Origin: Chloroflexota bacterium
GTDB taxonomy: Bacteria > Chloroflexota > UBA5177
NCBI GenBank assembly: GCA_025449555.1
Contig: JANWJD010000084.1
Span: 712-64,711, forward strand
DNA: 64,000 bases
Direction of reading: 5' to 3'
Shown here piece after piece: positions 1 through 9,332 of the stretch. Below the pieces are notes generated by a model that was given only the letters and a program-made list of their open reading frames with translations, had not been told where the DNA came from and ran no database searches. A program made the translations under genes and the position numbers. Positions within the stretch are counted from its first letter, which is position 1; every line of letters starts with the position of its first letter.

Positions 1-1526
1 ACCCGGGCCGGCGGGCCTTCGTCGATGATCACGACGTTGTCGGACGCGGCGGTCCGCAGGCTCACGTCCTGCGCCGGAAATGAGTCAGACATCCAGTGCC
101 ATACGCCGTCCACGTGATGGAGCACCTCATTCTGGCCCAGAAACGCAAGGATGTCGGCCGTGCTGTCCACGCCAAATTCCTCGCCATCCTGGAACGGCAA
201 TTCAAACGCGGCACACTTCACGTGGTTGACCAGGACGATGAGATTGTTCGGGTCGATCAGACCGGCTTCGGGCGAACGCTCGAAGAAGTAATCGGAGTGC
301 GTGACCAGGAATTGATCGAGCGCCGAGCTGCTCGCCACCATGATTGCGAGCGACGCATCATTGCGGCGTCCCGCTCGTCCCATCTGTTGCCAGGCACTCG
401 CGATCGTTCCAGGAAATCCCGTCACCACACATGCGTCGAGCGCGCCGATGTCGATCCCGAGCTCAAGCGCGTTAGTAGCAACCACTCCCCGCACCGATCC
501 GTCCCGCAACCCTCGTTCGATTTCGCGGCGCTGTAAGGGAAGGTAGCCGCTACGATATCCCCGAATCGCGTCCCGTCTGCCACGACCGACGGCATTGCGC
601 AGGTAGCCCAGCAGCAACTCCACTCCCGTCCGCGAGCGGGTAAATACGATCGTCTGGATATTGTTCTGCAGCAGCCGCCCGGCCAGATCGCTGGCCGTCA
701 ACCGGGAGCTCGCCCGTAAGCCGAGTTGCCGGTTCACAACCGGCGGATTGTACAGGATGACATGCTTCCGACCACGCGGCGCGCCGTTCGAGTCGATCAG
801 CGTCACGGGCTCACCCAGGATTCGCTCGGCCAGTTCCGCCGGATTCGCGATCGTGGCCGAACAGAAAATGAACTGTGGATTCGACCCGTAGTAGCGACAA
901 ATCCGCTTCAGGCGCCGCAATACATTTGCCACGTGGCTTCCAAACACGCCTCGATAGACGTGCAGCTCGTCGATCACGATGTATTGCAGATTCTCAAACA
1001 ATCGGAACCAGCGTGTGTGATGCGGCAGGATCCCGGTATGCAGCATATCCGGATTCGTCACCACGATGTGTCCTGCGTCCCGGATCGCCTTCCGGGCGGT
1101 TTGCGGCGTATCCCCATCATAGGTGTGCGTCTTGATGTCGACGCCCAGCGTGTCGACCACTCCCAGCAACTCGCTCACCTGATCCTGGGAGAGCGCCTTG
1201 GTGGGAAATAGGTACAGAGCTCGCGCCGTGTCATCGGCCAGAATCGCGTTCAGGACGGGCACGTTGTAGCACAGCGTCTTCCCGGAAGCCGTGGGCGTGA
1301 CCACCACGACATTCTCTCGACGCTGCACCGCCTCCACCGCGCTGCGCTGGTGGCTGTACAAACGGTTGATGCCGCGTGCCGCGAACGCTTCTAAGAGCCG
1401 CCGGTCCACGAATTCGGGAAAATCCGCGTACTCTGCCTGAGCAGCCGGAAGCTGTCGATAAGAAGCGATATTGGCGGCGATGCCTGGGTCGTTGAGCAAT
1501 TGCTCGACGACCTGATCCACGTTCAC
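1..1526 (-). CDS. DEAD/DEAH-box helicase, MrfA/YprA/Hrq1 (DUF1998-associated) type; 3' part runs off the window
   Basis: Not in the ORF track (no stop inside the window). Manual minus-strand translation from GTG at 1526 gives MNVDQVVEQLLNDPG..., Walker A VVVTPTASGKTLCYNVPVL, ALYLFPTKALSQDQ, and VIDELHVYRGVFGSHVA. Confidence 0.88.
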   Translation of the reverse strand, partial: MNVDQVVEQLLNDPGIAANIASYRQLPAAQAEYADFPEFVDRRLLEAFAARGINRLYSHQRSAVEAVQRRENVVVVTPTASGKTLCYNVPVLNAILADDTARALYLFPTKALSQDQVSELLGVVDTLGVDIKTHTYDGDTPQTARKAIRDAGHIVVTNPDMLHTGILPHHTRWFRLFENLQYIVIDELHVYRGVFGSHVANVLRRLKRICRYYGSNPQFIFCSATIANPAELAERILGEPVTLIDSNGAPRGRKHVILYNPPVVNRQLGLRASSRLTASDLAGRLLQNNIQTIVFTRSRTGVELLLGYLRNAVGRGRRDAIRGYRSGYLPLQRREIERGLRDGSVRGVVATNALELGIDIGALDACVVTGFPGTIASAWQQMGRAGRRNDASLAIMVASSSALDQFLVTHSDYFFERSPEAGLIDPNNLIVLVNHVKCAAFELPFQDGEEFGVDSTADILAFLGQNEVLHHVDGVWHWMSDSFPAQDVSLRTAASDNVVIIDEGPPAR

Positions 1527-1594
1527 CGGCCGGCCGCCCTTCTAGCTCAGTCCGTCTGAGAGTTTCATGGTACCGTGCCTGCCCGCGAATGTCA

Positions 1595-2560
1595 TTAATT
1601 TCCGCTAAATTGAACCTCACTCGGCTGGCGTTGCAGGTCCTTGCCCAGGCATCCGGCAAGCAACGCCATCCGGATGTACAATCCGTTCTGCGCCTGACGG
1701 AAGTAAGCCGCGCGTCGATCGGAGTCCACCTCGACTGTGATTTCGTCGACCCGAGGCAACGGGTGCATGACGATGGATGCCGGCTTCATCCGTTCCACCA
1801 TTTCCCGGTCGATCACATACACGCCCTGCGCGGCTCGATAATCGTCCGCCCGATCGCCGAAGCGTTCCTTCTGAATGCGCGTCTGATACACCACATCCAC
1901 CTGTCCGATGATCGCCCGGAGATTCGTTTCCTCCTGAAACCAGACATCATGCCGGGCCAGGTACTCTTTGATGTCCTGTCGCATGCGGACGACCTCAGGC
2001 GCCACCAGGTGGATACGGATGTTGCGATACTTGGCCAGCAAGTAACACAGTGACCGTGCGGTGCGACCGTTTGCCAGATCTCCCACCACCGCGATATCCA
2101 GCTCATCAAGCCGCCCGAGTTCCTTCTGAATGGTGTAGAGATCGAGGAATGCCTGCGTGGGGTGCTGGCCGGTACCGTCTCCAGCGTTGATGATCGGCAC
2201 CCGTGACACATCGGCTGCCCGCCGCGCCGCTCCACTTTCGTAGTGTCGCATGACGATCACGTCGGCGTATCCGTTCATGATTCTAATCGTGTCCTCGAGC
2301 GTCTCCCCTTTGGAAACCGACGAGAACTGACGGGCGTTCTCGGTCGAGATCACACTGCCGCCCTGGCGCAACATGGCGGTCTCGAACGAGAAGCGCGTGC
2401 GGGTACTCTCCTCGTAAAACAGGCTCGCCATGATCTTGCCGTCCAGGAGCTTGGATCCGCCTTCCCACACCACGTGCTCCATTTCGCCGGCGATATCGAA
2501 TAATTCCTCGAGCATGGCTCGGTTGAATTCCTGTGCTTCCACGATGTAGTGCAATCTCAC
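1595..2560 (-). CDS. pyrB: Aspartate carbamoyltransferase catalytic subunit
   Basis: FYEESTRTRFSFE, SKGETLEDT, NAGDGTGQHPTQ, HPLPR motifs; AAGGAG RBS upstream. Confidence 0.97.
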   Translation of the reverse strand: MRLHYIVEAQEFNRAMLEELFDIAGEMEHVVWEGGSKLLDGKIMASLFYEESTRTRFSFETAMLRQGGSVISTENARQFSSVSKGETLEDTIRIMNGYADVIVMRHYESGAARRAADVSRVPIINAGDGTGQHPTQAFLDLYTIQKELGRLDELDIAVVGDLANGRTARSLCYLLAKYRNIRIHLVAPEVVRMRQDIKEYLARHDVWFQEETNLRAIIGQVDVVYQTRIQKERFGDRADDYRAAQGVYVIDREMVERMKPASIVMHPLPRVDEITVEVDSDRRAAYFRQAQNGLYIRMALLAGCLGKDLQRQPSEVQFSGN

Positions 2561-2669
2561 CGATATTTCTCCTTGGAGACAACGGGCGTTGGCATGACCT
2601 CAGGGATTCTACGCGCGCTGAGCGGCTGCCCACAACGCGACCGAGAATCACTCGACTTAAGATGAAGGA

Positions 2670-3560
2670 ATGGATCGACCCTTGGCTGAAACCTCTGTCG
2701 ACTCGTTGAACCTCCGGCCGGGTCGCGCCGGCGACCGCGCAGGCATGCTCCGCATCACGGAGGGAGTCTGGGACGGTACCGATTACGTGCCCTATCAGTG
2801 GCAGCACTGGCTCGACGACCCGTCCGGCTACCTGTGCGTTGCCACCTGGAATGACCGCGTAGTCGGCCTGCAGCACGTCGGCGTGCAGGCCGATGGAACT
2901 GCCTGGCTGGAGGGCATCCGCGTCGACGAGATTGTGCGCGGGCGTGGCATCGGAGCCGCCCTGCTTCAGCATGGTCTGGGTTGGGCGCGCGACGCCGGTT
3001 GCACGGTCGCTCGCCTCTCTACCTCCAGCGAAAACGCATCCAGCGTTCGAATTGCGCGCAAAGCAGGTATGAGGGAAGTAGCCTCCTTCGACGTCCTGGC
3101 CGGCCCGCCATCACCGGTCTCCGCACCGGACCTTCCAGTCCGTCTGGCCCACCCGGGGGATCTCGCGGCGCTGAAACACCTGCTCCTCCACGAATGGAAC
3201 ACCGCTGAATCCAAAGCGTTCTACACCGAAGGCTGGACCGCGTATCGACTCACCGCCGAGCGCATCGACCTGCTGGTCGCAGTGCATGCGATAGTAGTGG
3301 TCGCATCAGACGGCATCGACGCGGTCGGCATTGCGACGGCCTCGGTCGGTCGGCCGGTCCTCCGGCTGGGATTCCTCAACGGGACCTTGGAAGGGAAAAA
3401 ATCAGTCGTGGCCTGGATCCAGCGACAGGCCTCCTCCGCCTCGATCGCCCACATCCGAGCCACCCTCCCGCGCGACCCCACCACCGAGGCCGTCCTACAA
3501 CCGCTCGGTTTCGCGCCCGGTTCCGGCTTCGCCATGGTCCTCTTGGAGACCCAGCTTTAA
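2670..3560 (+). CDS. GNAT family N-acetyltransferase
   Basis: WLEGIRVDEIVRGRGIGAALL acetyl-CoA binding motif A; N..S..IARKAG motif B. Confidence 0.85.
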   Translation: MDRPLAETSVDSLNLRPGRAGDRAGMLRITEGVWDGTDYVPYQWQHWLDDPSGYLCVATWNDRVVGLQHVGVQADGTAWLEGIRVDEIVRGRGIGAALLQHGLGWARDAGCTVARLSTSSENASSVRIARKAGMREVASFDVLAGPPSPVSAPDLPVRLAHPGDLAALKHLLLHEWNTAESKAFYTEGWTAYRLTAERIDLLVAVHAIVVVASDGIDAVGIATASVGRPVLRLGFLNGTLEGKKSVVAWIQRQASSASIAHIRATLPRDPTTEAVLQPLGFAPGSGFAMVLLETQL

Positions 3561-3615
3561 CCGCCAACGACGACTCGCCAATAACGACTCGCCGGCATCG
3601 ATCGCGCCATATGAA

Positions 3616-3666
3616 TCCGGAAGGGCGGTGCGATCCGGTAGGGCCGGAGGTCTCCGGTAGGGCCGG
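3616..3666 (+). repeat. Short tandem TCCGGTAGGGCCGG repeat (two exact copies, one degenerate), GTAG-REP-like
   Basis: tccggtagggccgg at 3634 and 3653; tccggaagggcgg at 3616. Confidence 0.5.
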
Positions 3667-3949
3667 CCCGCGGCCGCCAGGCCGCAGTGGCCCGCCGCCT
3701 CCACGTCCTCCGTCTGACCTCTCCCCTCGATCCGACGCCCGCTCCAAGTCGAGACAAATATAAGAACGACCGGGTGAACGCGACATCAATGAAACCGGCC
3801 GCCATTCGAAAGCATAACGTAAGAAACGTAACGAATTTGTAAGTCCTGGGTGAGACGATCGAAGTTCGGGCCGGTGACAGGTTCGTCACTTCCGCCTGCC
3901 AGAACCCCTTGATTTCCTCATAGCCACACTACGAACCCAGGGACTCTTC

Positions 3950-5227
3950 GTGGCCCTATTGCTCTTATTCGCGTTTGTATCGGGTCTCCTCACCATCTTT
4001 GCGCCTTGCGTGTGGCCACTCCTGCCCGTGGTTCTCTCTGCGTCGACTGTCGGAAATCGCCGGAGTCCACTCGGCATCGTGTTGGGCTTGATGGGCAGCT
4101 TTGGCCTCGTCACCCTCGGGGCTTCCTACGCCGTCCAGTCACTTCATGTCGACCCCGACAAGCTCCGATTGTTCGCGGTCATCGTGATTGCATACCTGGG
4201 GATCAGCATGCTGATCCCTGACCTGGAGCGGGTTCACCAGATCGTGCTCGGTGGAGCCGTTCGCGCCATCCGCCCCGCCCCAGCCGCCCCGGCCAGAGGT
4301 CTGGGAAGCGGCGCGCTGCTGGGTATCTCACTTGGGATCGTCTGGTCGCCCTGTGCGGGGCCAATCCTCGCCACGATCACGGCCCTGGCCGTCACAGCAC
4401 GCGTCAGTACCGCATTGGTTTTTGTGACGTCGGCCTACCTGGTCGGCGTTGGTATCCCGCTCTTCGCATTCGCATACGGCGGGCAGAGATTACTCAGGAG
4501 GCTCACCATCTTGAAACGGTTCCCTCGACACGCACACCGGGTTTTTGGCATGGTCATAGTGCTGACCGCGCTCGGCATCTACAGCAATTACGACAAGGTA
4601 CTGGCCGCCAGGCTTTCAGATCTTACCCCGCAATACAGCGGGGCCTTGATCGCGTTCGAGCGCGATCGAATCGTGACGCAACGACTCGCCCTGTTGAACC
4701 AGCGTACCCGCTCCGCTACCGATGCTGCGCAGCATCGACGGACTACATCCTGCCCCAAAAACCTGTGCGATCAACACTACCGAGCACCGGAATTTGTGGG
4801 CATCAGTCACTGGCTCAACACGGCGCGGCCGCTCACGATGCGGAGCCTGCGAGGCAGGGTCGTACTGATTCACTTCTGGACGTTTGACTGTATCAACTGC
4901 ATCCACACGCTCTCGAAGGTGGAAGGCTGGTACGAGAAATATCGAAAGAATGGCTTCGTCGTGATCGGCGTCCATTCACCCGAGTTCGCCTACGAGAAGG
5001 TCACGAGCAATGTCCAGGCTGCCTTGGGACGCTTCAACATCCGTTATCCCGTGCCTCAAGACAACGATTTACGAACGTGGGACGCGTTTCAAAATGCATT
5101 CTGGCCGGCAGAATATCTGATCGACGCTCACGGCTTCGTTCGGTTCACCTATGCCGGAGAAGGAAACTACGGCAACACCGAAACGGCGATCCGTGATCTC
5201 CTCGGTGAAGCCGGGCATCACGTGTAA
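3950..5227 (+). CDS. DipZ-like cytochrome c biogenesis CcdA/DsbD transmembrane domain fused to a redoxin (TlpA) domain
   Basis: FAPCVWPLLP and WSPCAGPIL DsbD-beta cysteines; C-terminal FWTFDCINC, GVHSPEF, WPAEYLID thioredoxin fold. Confidence 0.9.
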   Translation: MALLLLFAFVSGLLTIFAPCVWPLLPVVLSASTVGNRRSPLGIVLGLMGSFGLVTLGASYAVQSLHVDPDKLRLFAVIVIAYLGISMLIPDLERVHQIVLGGAVRAIRPAPAAPARGLGSGALLGISLGIVWSPCAGPILATITALAVTARVSTALVFVTSAYLVGVGIPLFAFAYGGQRLLRRLTILKRFPRHAHRVFGMVIVLTALGIYSNYDKVLAARLSDLTPQYSGALIAFERDRIVTQRLALLNQRTRSATDAAQHRRTTSCPKNLCDQHYRAPEFVGISHWLNTARPLTMRSLRGRVVLIHFWTFDCINCIHTLSKVEGWYEKYRKNGFVVIGVHSPEFAYEKVTSNVQAALGRFNIRYPVPQDNDLRTWDAFQNAFWPAEYLIDAHGFVRFTYAGEGNYGNTETAIRDLLGEAGHHV

Positions 5228-5369
5228 CGTGGCTGTCGCTATCGAGGGCTCGGTACAGCGTCGGTGTGAACGTGTCTTCGACCGGTGGGAGACAGTCGAT
5301 TGCAGTGCAAGCCTGGAGCCAACCCGTCACCGTGAGGTCTTGATCGCCGGCATCGGGGAAATGGCCACC

Positions 5370-5567
5370 CTAGGCGGCCCCTGCTTGTGTGTAGGCGTTC
5401 GGAGTAGGGACGACCGCGGGGCCGACGCATACGACGGCCGGTTGCAGAGCCGCAACGGGATTCCCGTACATCCGGCGATACTCAATCACGCATACCAGCA
5501 CCAGGAGTTCCGGCACGGCGCACATGGTCAGGAAGAACAGCCCGAGGAACACGATCAGGATTCCCAT
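5370..5567 (-). CDS. Putative small membrane protein (65 aa)
   Basis: Hydrophobic N-terminal segment and purine-rich upstream sequence; no recognisable family. Confidence 0.35.
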   Translation of the reverse strand: MGILIVFLGLFFLTMCAVPELLVLVCVIEYRRMYGNPVAALQPAVVCVGPAVVPTPNAYTQAGAA

Positions 5568-5750
5568 GGTGTCTCATCTCTTTCCGCCCGGCCGAGCTAG
5601 GGCTACGGGATATCGGTATCATCTCCCGCCCGTCTTACCAGCTGAGATCGTGGCTTACGGGAACCTTACACGGCGAGTGCGAGCTATCAACCGTCTCGCA
5701 GGTGCTCCACTGCGGGCGCGGGCTCAGACCGCTCAGCTGCCGAGGTTGGT

Positions 5751-6077
5751 CTATACCCGATTTGCCGACAGGGCAGAGATGGTTGAGACGCAAAACGGGA
5801 CCATGTACGTCAGGCACATCTTCAAGATCACAAGCGACGTAATCGATCCCCGGAGTAAAACGTCACCCTGATTGATGAGTATCAGAAGCGAACCCACGAT
5901 CACGCTGATAGCCAGGGAGCGCCGAAAAACCGACGGGTACAGGATCGCGCACTGTACACACAGCAGCTTCTCGGACGTTCGGTCGAAACTGTAGACCGCT
6001 CGTCGGTTCCCATGGGGACATCGATGCTCTGAACTCTTGGCGATGTGGGAGGAGTCCTCGGTTTCGATCTGCCCCAT
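5751..6077 (-). CDS. nrtS: NrtS-family small membrane protein with an N-terminal Cys/His extension
   Basis: RRSLAISVIVGSLLILINQGD...KMCLTYMVPFCVST signature; GAGG RBS. Confidence 0.8.
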   Translation of the reverse strand: MGQIETEDSSHIAKSSEHRCPHGNRRAVYSFDRTSEKLLCVQCAILYPSVFRRSLAISVIVGSLLILINQGDVLLRGSITSLVILKMCLTYMVPFCVSTISALSANRV

Positions 6078-6300
6078 AAGCCACTACCTCGCCGTGCGTA
6101 TTCGCTCTGCCAGGACGGTCGGTCGGTCACGACCTCACCACTTCACGCTTTGTGACCGGTCGTTTACAACTCCGGCCCGACCTTTACCTTCTCGCAACCT
6201 CGGCATATACTATTCCTCGGATTGTACGCGCGGCGGGCAACTTGACTCCCCCTATGCCGAGGACCCTCCCGCCGATCGCGGTTTAGAAGTGAGGTCGGAG

Positions 6301-6948
6301 ATGACTGTGGCGGACTCGAAAGTCGAGTGGAAAATCAGCGGAGAGGAAGTGGTCAGTTGCAACTGTGCCTGGGGATGCCCCTGCCAGTTCAACGGCTTAC
6401 CGACTACCGGCCGGTGCGAGGCCTTCCTCGCCTGGGACATCCACGAGGGCCACTACGGTGACACGCGACTCGACGGGGCCAGGTTTGCCCGCGTGTACTC
6501 CTGGCCTGGGTCTATTCCTGAGGGCGACGGCACCCGTCTCTTGATTCTGGACGAACGCACCTCACCCGAGCAGCGTGACGCGCTCGTCGCTCTGGAAAGT
6601 GGTCAGCAAGGCCATCCGTACTTCGAGATCTTTGCTGCGGTCTGCCCGCACACGGCGGACACAGTGGTCGCTCCGATTGAGATCGAGGTCGACCGGGAGC
6701 AACGTCGCGCTCGGGTAAGTATCCCCGGCGTGGGTGAGTCCGCAATCGAGCCGATCAAGAACCCGGTCACAGGCGAAGCCCACCGGGCACGTATCGACTT
6801 GCCCAACGGGTTCGAATATAAACAGGCAGAAATGGGAAATACGGTCTCCTGGAGGGTGACCGCGGGTGCTCCCATGCAGATGGAGCACGAGAACACATAC
6901 GCCCAGCTGAATCCTTTTGATTGGAGTAGCGACGGCACGAGCCGTTGA
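6301..6948 (+). CDS. DUF1326 domain protein
   Basis: SCNCAWGCPCQF...C motif; ATG at 6301 after GAGGTCGGAG; paired with downstream DUF2182 as is typical. Confidence 0.88.
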   Translation: MTVADSKVEWKISGEEVVSCNCAWGCPCQFNGLPTTGRCEAFLAWDIHEGHYGDTRLDGARFARVYSWPGSIPEGDGTRLLILDERTSPEQRDALVALESGQQGHPYFEIFAAVCPHTADTVVAPIEIEVDREQRRARVSIPGVGESAIEPIKNPVTGEAHRARIDLPNGFEYKQAEMGNTVSWRVTAGAPMQMEHENTYAQLNPFDWSSDGTSR

Positions 6949-7014
6949 GTCAGACTGTTCCGACGACCGGAAACCGACAATTGCCTGATTGATGCACACG
7001 CCGGGACAAAACAT

Positions 7015-8265
7015 ATGAAATCATCGACTTCCGATGGAGCGACCGGCGCGCGAACTGTATTCACTCGCGACCGGATGACACCCGCTGCAGTCTTGTTGCT
7101 GCTCGCGGCTCTGGCCTGGGTGGGCGTGCTTATCTGGGCTCGCTCCCCGTCGATGATGGACGCCATGCCTGGGCCCGTGGCCCCAACTCGCGCCACCCTC
7201 TTCGCGGCCATGTGGCTTGTCATGATGGCCGCCATGATGCTGCCCGCTGTCACTCCGATTGTCCTGCTCTTCCGCACCGTGCAGCGAAGCCGTGTCGCCC
7301 GTGGCAACCTCGCAGTTCCGACCAGTTCCTTCGTCGGAGGCTATCTCCTGGTATGGCTGGCAGCCGGTGTCGCGGCGTTTCTGATATACGCGCTCGTGCA
7401 AAGCGTCTCCCCGCGTCTCCATGCCGACACCGGATGGCTCCCCTATGTCGGAGGCGTCATCGTCGTGCTGGCCGGGATCTATCAGCTCACGCCACTCAAA
7501 AACGTCTGCCTACGCCACTGCCGTTCGCCGATTCACTTCCTGATGCACGGGTGGGGCGAAGGCAAGCTCGGCGCATTCCGCACCGGCGCCGGCCACGGTC
7601 TTTTCTGTCTGGGGTGCTGCTGGGGAATCATGGCCGTGCTCTTCGTCGTCGGCCTGATGAACCTCGGCTGGATGGCGGCCTTGAGCCTGGTCATTACGAT
7701 CGAGAAATTGGCGCCGCGCGGCGTGACCATCGCCCGAGGTGTGGGTGGTCTCTTCATCGCATTGGGCGCCTTGATCGCCTTCTGGCCTTCAGCATTTGCT
7801 CCCGCCGGCCTCACCATGGGAAACACCATGTCCATGGGATCTCCGAGCCGGCCCGTATCGACTGTGACGGCCGGCCCGTACCGGCTCACACTTCGAGTGG
7901 GAATGGCTGAGCAGTTGCTTACACCGGCCGTCGCGAAAGGGACCCACGCACGATCTGGAGAGATCATGCTTGGAATGTCGGCCGGTCAGCCCATAACGAT
8001 GAACGATAGGTCGAATCTGCGCCATGTCGAGGTGCGAATCGTCGACCGCGCCATGGGGATGCTCGTCCGCAATGCGCGAGTTTCGGTGCAGCTCGGCCCG
8101 AGCCACATGTCTACCCAGTCGATTCCGCTCATGCCGATGTACGGAATCATCCAGGGCCGCAAGGACTACCATTACGGCGCCAACATTTCCATCTCCCCGG
8201 GACAATATACGGCACACGTGCGCGTCAACAACGTCCGCGCGAGCTTCCCGATCCGCGTCCACTAA
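7015..8265 (+). CDS. DUF2182 predicted metal-binding integral membrane protein with an extra C-terminal soluble domain
   Basis: MWLVMMAAMMLPA, YQLTPLKNVCLRHCRSP, CLGCCWGIM, GLMNLGWM, EK motifs; about 135 extra residues containing HVEV and MPMYG...HYGANI. Confidence 0.88.
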   Translation: MKSSTSDGATGARTVFTRDRMTPAAVLLLLAALAWVGVLIWARSPSMMDAMPGPVAPTRATLFAAMWLVMMAAMMLPAVTPIVLLFRTVQRSRVARGNLAVPTSSFVGGYLLVWLAAGVAAFLIYALVQSVSPRLHADTGWLPYVGGVIVVLAGIYQLTPLKNVCLRHCRSPIHFLMHGWGEGKLGAFRTGAGHGLFCLGCCWGIMAVLFVVGLMNLGWMAALSLVITIEKLAPRGVTIARGVGGLFIALGALIAFWPSAFAPAGLTMGNTMSMGSPSRPVSTVTAGPYRLTLRVGMAEQLLTPAVAKGTHARSGEIMLGMSAGQPITMNDRSNLRHVEVRIVDRAMGMLVRNARVSVQLGPSHMSTQSIPLMPMYGIIQGRKDYHYGANISISPGQYTAHVRVNNVRASFPIRVH

Positions 8266-8329
8266 GAGCCAGACTAACCCGCTCACCCGTTCGGTGTTCC
8301 CGCACCACACTGACACACGCCGAGCCCTC

Positions 8330-8495
8330 GTAGGGAACGGCCGGCGCGCCGTCCCACCCCGACCACGCGTGCAGAACACAAGGACCTCATTCCCCACTCC
8401 CATTTCCCCCGGCAAACGTTGTAGCGTTGACCCTTGTGGCCAACCCGTTGTCCGAAGCGGCCGTTGTAGCGTTGACCCTTGTGGTCAACCCGTTC
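8330..8495 (+). repeat. Cluster of three GTAG-REP palindromes
   Basis: GTAG-GGAACGGC-cggcgc-GCCGTCCC at 8330; GTAGCGTTGACCCTTGTGG(C/T)CAACCC at 8421 and 8466 (45-bp period). Confidence 0.75.
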
Positions 8496-8539
8496 TCCAA
8501 CGTGTTCATGCGCCGCGATCTCTCGGGAACTGCCCTGGC

Positions 8540-9040
8540 CTATAACGACTGCACCCAATCCCTCAACGCTGCCTCCGTATTCCAGAAAGCGAGGTGTCGC
8601 CAGGGAATTGACTCCGGGTCAAAGCTGGCGAACTCCAGCGCTTCGCTTCCCCCGGTCGGCTCGGTCAAAGCCTCCGCCAGGTACACGATCAGGACCGTCG
8701 GCGCCTCGCGACGCGAGTAGATATTCAGTAGTCCAGTGATTCGTACATCCATGTGCAGCTCTTCAAATGTCTCCCGACGTGCCGCTTCTTCCACTGTTTC
8801 ACCCATTTCCATGAACCCTGCAGGAAAGGTCCAGGCACCCAGACGCGGTTGAATCGCCCGACGCAACAACCACGCCCGTCCGTCCCGAGTCGGCACCACA
8901 CCCGCCACCACCTTGGGATTGATGTAGTGGATCTCCTCGCAGACAGTGCAGACCAGCCGCTCTCGCTGTTCGACCACGACGTACTGCGGTGCCAGTGGTT
9001 GGCCGCAGCCGGAACAGAAACGTGGAGGTGAGTTATACAT
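8540..9040 (-). CDS. NUDIX hydrolase with N-terminal zinc ribbon
   Basis: FCSGCG...CTVC..IHYINP; Nudix box GFMEMGETVEEAARRETFEE. Confidence 0.92.
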   Translation of the reverse strand: MYNSPPRFCSGCGQPLAPQYVVVEQRERLVCTVCEEIHYINPKVVAGVVPTRDGRAWLLRRAIQPRLGAWTFPAGFMEMGETVEEAARRETFEELHMDVRITGLLNIYSRREAPTVLIVYLAEALTEPTGGSEALEFASFDPESIPWRHLAFWNTEAALRDWVQSL

Positions 9041-9119
9041 TTAATGGCGTGCGTGGGAACGGTTCTTGCTGCGGTCACGGTCACCTGCACACTTGCCCGA
9101 ACCATCAGGAGGCCCGCCA

Positions 9120-9332
9120 GTGAAAGTCACCATTTCAGCTCGACAGTTCGAACGGTCCGGGCGGTTAGGACCTTTGTGCCTGGCATGTGGAAACAAGCAG
9201 CGATTCTGGGTGGAGCGTCCGGACGGCGTGCAACTGGCAGACCTGTGCGACGTATTAGATGACAATGTTCGCGTTCGGGCGTGTGGACGGTGTCGTTCTC
9301 GACATTCCCTTGTCATGGCGCGGGTAGATTGA
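9120..9332 (+). CDS. Small CxxC...CxxC zinc-finger protein (70 aa)
   Basis: AGGAGG RBS before GTG at 9120; CLAC and CGRC pairs. Confidence 0.6.
   Translation: MKVTISARQFERSGRLGPLCLACGNKQRFWVERPDGVQLADLCDVLDDNVRVRACGRCRSRHSLVMARVD

Noticed and set aside
3813..3845. AACGTAA direct repeat / ECF promoter upstream of the DipZ-like gene
   Set aside because: Two 7-bp copies only and spacing does not fit an ECF consensus I can name; too weak to call.
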